DNA from: Mustelus asterias
Taxonomy: Eukaryota
Direction of reading: 5' to 3'
Length of the DNA: 64,000 bases
Assembly: GCF_964213995.1 (NCBI RefSeq)
Contig: NC_135823.1
Location: 744,001-808,000 of the forward strand
The notes under the pieces were generated by a model, which was given only the letters and a program-made list of their open reading frames with translations, ran no database searches and was not told the origin of the DNA. Shown here piece after piece: positions 61,151-64,000 of this stretch; position 1 is the stretch's first letter; every line of letters begins with the position of its first letter. A program made the translations under genes and the position numbers.

Positions 61151-61180
61151 ACACTTTACGCTCCTCTGGCCTTCAACTGA
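61151..61180 (+). CDS. Gene B terminal exon (TLYAPLAFN*), ITSM/ITIM-like motif
   Basis: ATCCACAG acceptor in non-repeat sequence between a SINE and a CR1; phase 0 matches the preceding exon; TxYxxL. Confidence 0.55.
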   Translation, partial: TLYAPLAFN

Positions 61181-61339
61181 GAAGAAAGACGGAAGGCTTG
61201 CTGTGTGATTCCTGGATATCTGGTGTTTCGGAACTTTAGCTCCTGTTGCACACGCAGTTTCTAACTTCCAACTTCAGGAGGATTTCCTTCTCAATTTTTG
61301 CAATGGTGTCCGAGTGGAAACTGAATTCTCCGCTAATGT

Positions 61340-62245
61340 CAACAAAGAACAAACAAAGAACAAAGAACAGTACAGCACAGGAAACAGGCCCTTCGGCCCT
61401 CCAAGCCTGTGCCGCTCCTTAGTCCAACTAGACCAATCGTTTGTATCCCCCCATTCCCAGGCTACTCATGTGAATATCCAGGTAAGTCTTAAACGATGTC
61501 AGCGTGCCTGCCTCCACCACCCTACTTGGCAGCGCATTCCAGGCCCCCACCACCCTCTGTGTAAAAAACGTCCCTCTGATATCTGAGTTATACTTCGCCC
61601 CTCTCAGCTTGAGCCCGTGACCCCTCGTGATCGTCACCTCCGACCTGGGAAAAAGCTTCCCACTGTTCACCCTATCTATACCCTTCATAATCTTGTACAC
61701 CTCTATTAGATCTCCCCTCATTCTCCGTCTTTCCAAGGAGAACAACCCCAGTCTACCCAATCTCTCCTCATAGCTAAGACACTCCATACCAGGCATCATC
61801 CTGGTAAACCTTCTCTGCACTCTCTCTAACGCCTCCACGTCCTTCTGGTAGTGCGGCGATCAGAACTGGATGCTGTACTCCAAATGTGGCCTAACCAGCG
61901 TTCTATACAGCTGCATCATCAGACTCCAGCTTTTATACTCTATACCCCGTCCTATAAAGGCAAGCATACCGTATGCCTTCTTCACCACCTTCTCCACCTG
62001 TGTTGCCACCTTCAAGGATTTCTGGACTTGCACACCTAGGTCCCTCTGTGTTTCTATACTCCTGATGACTCTGCCATTTATTGTATAACTCCTCCCTACA
62101 TTATTTCTTCCAAAATGCATCACTTCGCATTTATCCGGATTAAACTCCATCTGCCACCTCTCCGCCCAATTTTCCAGCCTATCTATATCCTGCTGTATTG
62201 CCCGACAATGCTCTTCGCCATCCGCAAGTCCAGCCATCTTCGTGT
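61340..62245 (-). mobile_element. CR1 LINE 3' fragment
   Basis: [33 protein letters not shown]. Confidence 0.9.
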
Positions 62246-62519
62246 CAACAATTCTACAATTAAATATCGCTTGCAGTTCAACTTGAGCCTTCCTAATGTT
62301 TACTTTCTAGTTTCTGATTTCCGATATCGGCAGTTACAATTCCACACTGCATTTTATACAGTGTGTGAGCAAAGCATAATGAATTATATGAGAACAGAGT
62401 TTGAATATCAATATAAGCTGTGTGATTCCAGTTTCTTTAAGGATTCAGACTAAATGTGTTTCGGGTATTTCTTCAGCTAATTAACAAAAACAGTGAAAGG
62501 AGTGAATGTGCATGCGTTG

Positions 62520-62940
62520 AAAGTGGGATTAAGGACTGGAGTTCAGATGAATCAGGGGCGAACTTATAGAGACTGATAAAATTCTAACATGACTAGACTG
62601 GGTCGATGCAGGGAGGATGTTCCCGATGGTTGGGGAGTCCAGAGCCAGGGGTCACAGTCTGAGGATTCCGGATAGACCACTCAGGACGGAGGTGAGAAGA
62701 CATTTCTTCGTCCAAAGTGATGAGCCTGTGGAGTTCATTACCACAGGAAGTAGTTGATAACAAAACACTGAATGTATTAAAGACGCGGCTCCGTATAGCA
62801 CCTGGGGCGAATGGGGTCAAAGGTTATGGGGAAGAACCAGGATTAAGCTATAAAGTTGGACGATCACGCATGATCGTCACGAATGGCGGGGCAGGTCGAA
62901 GGGTCAAATAATCTCCTCCTGCTCCTATCTTCTATGTGCC
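62520..62940 (+). mobile_element. CR1 LINE 3' fragment
   Basis: Degenerate SRARGHSLRI..EVRRHFF coding. Confidence 0.65.
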
Positions 62941-64000
62941 TCAGTTAAACAGTTGGAGCCAAATTCAAAAACAGCCTGTTGCCTTGGCAACACTACTGTT
63001 TATCCCTTGAAACTATATTTCAGCCTGTGTATTGTATATGCACCTTCTTCTCAACTCCATGTGCAAAAAAGTGCTTTTTCAAAGGGAGCATACAATGCTT
63101 TCGCCTCTTAGCATTTTACAATTTTTAAAATTATTTACAGACACCAAATTCTCACATTCTACACAACGTCGCAACAAGATGAATTGCAATTTTGCTGGTT
63201 GGCATGATGAGAGAAGTGATGTGCCACAGGGTTTGTTCCTTAGGCCTCAACTATTGCAATCAATATTCACCATTTAGATGCTGGGATAGATCCCGCCACA
63301 GCCAAATTTACAGTTGACACGAAAATAGGTGGGAAGCATGGTTCAATGTAGAAATAAGATATTTACAGAGGAAGCTGGTGGCCCAGTCGTGTTGTCACGA
63401 GGTTATGAAGTCAGTAAACGCAGCTAACCTTGTGGGGACCTGGGTTCAAATTCCTCCACGGTACATGGTGGAATTTAAATTCAATAATAAAAACATAATT
63501 GGAATTAAGAATCTACTGCTGACCATGAAATCATTGTCCATTGTCGGAAAAAGCAATCTCGTTTACTCATGTCCTTTAGGGAAGGAAATCTGCCATCCTT
63601 ACCTGGCCTGGCCGACATGTGATGGCAAATCCAAAGCAAAGTGATTGATTCTCAAATGCCCTCCATGGTCCACTAGGGATGAGCAATGGACGTTGGGGAA
63701 CCGGCGACGCCCATGTCCCACGAATAAATAAATAAAAAAGACGGACATGGAAAGGTTAGGAGAACGGGCCAACATTTGGCAGATGGAATTTAACCTATTT
63801 CGGTGTGAAGCTATACATTCTGGACAGAGGGATAAAAGTGTAATGCATTACCTATTTGGAGAGAAACTTCAAAATGCTTTGAGGCGGAGGGATTTGTGTG
63901 TCCTTGTGCGTGAATCCGAGGAAGGTAATATGTCTGTGCCGAATGTAAGAAGGAAGGCAATTGGAATCTTGACATTCATTCCGAATGGAATAGAGTATAA

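Larger units (their letters stand above)
54952..61180 (+). pseudogene. Gene B: paralogous V(J)-C1-TM-cytoplasmic IgSF receptor with disrupted V exon (probable pseudogene)
   Basis: Exons: V 54952-55293, C1 55478-55783, TM 58208-58312 (or -58318), cytoplasmic 58447-58505, terminal 61151-61180; phases 1,1,1,0 are consistent. The V exon has two compensating frameshifts with TGA at 55149-55151 and no GT after ..LVIT. Confidence 0.75.

Overview
Repeat-rich vertebrate genomic DNA, most likely from an elasmobranch (shark) given the HE1-type tRNA SINEs, abundant CR1 LINEs and a GPR139-like family member. Most of the supplied ORF track is SINE/LINE noise. Manual splicing reveals a head-to-head pair of non-rearranging, antigen-receptor-like IgSF genes. 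In each, V and a J-like strand are joined in one germline exon, followed by C1, a Cys-containing stalk with an uncharged TM, and a cytoplasmic tail with a Tyr motif. Gene A (minus strand, 32661->18493) assembles into a phase-consistent 8-exon, ~344-aa ORF ending in a VYASL motif. Gene B (plus strand, 54952->61180; leader not securely found) has intact C1, TM and tail exons (TLYAPL), but its V-J exon is disrupted. Their C1 cores share 34/78 ungapped identities. The layout suggests a germline-encoded, disulfide-linked, TCR-like heterodimer that signals through its own tails rather than CD3; this is inference, and this copy may be decaying. Also present: a GPR139/142-like GPCR pseudogene (2654-3554), a 3'-truncated Gypsy LTR element with PNMA-like gag and a tRNA-Thr-type PBS between the two genes, Rex-Babar and CR1 LINE fragments, many SINEs, a perfect 46-bp hairpin insertion with TSD, and microsatellites.
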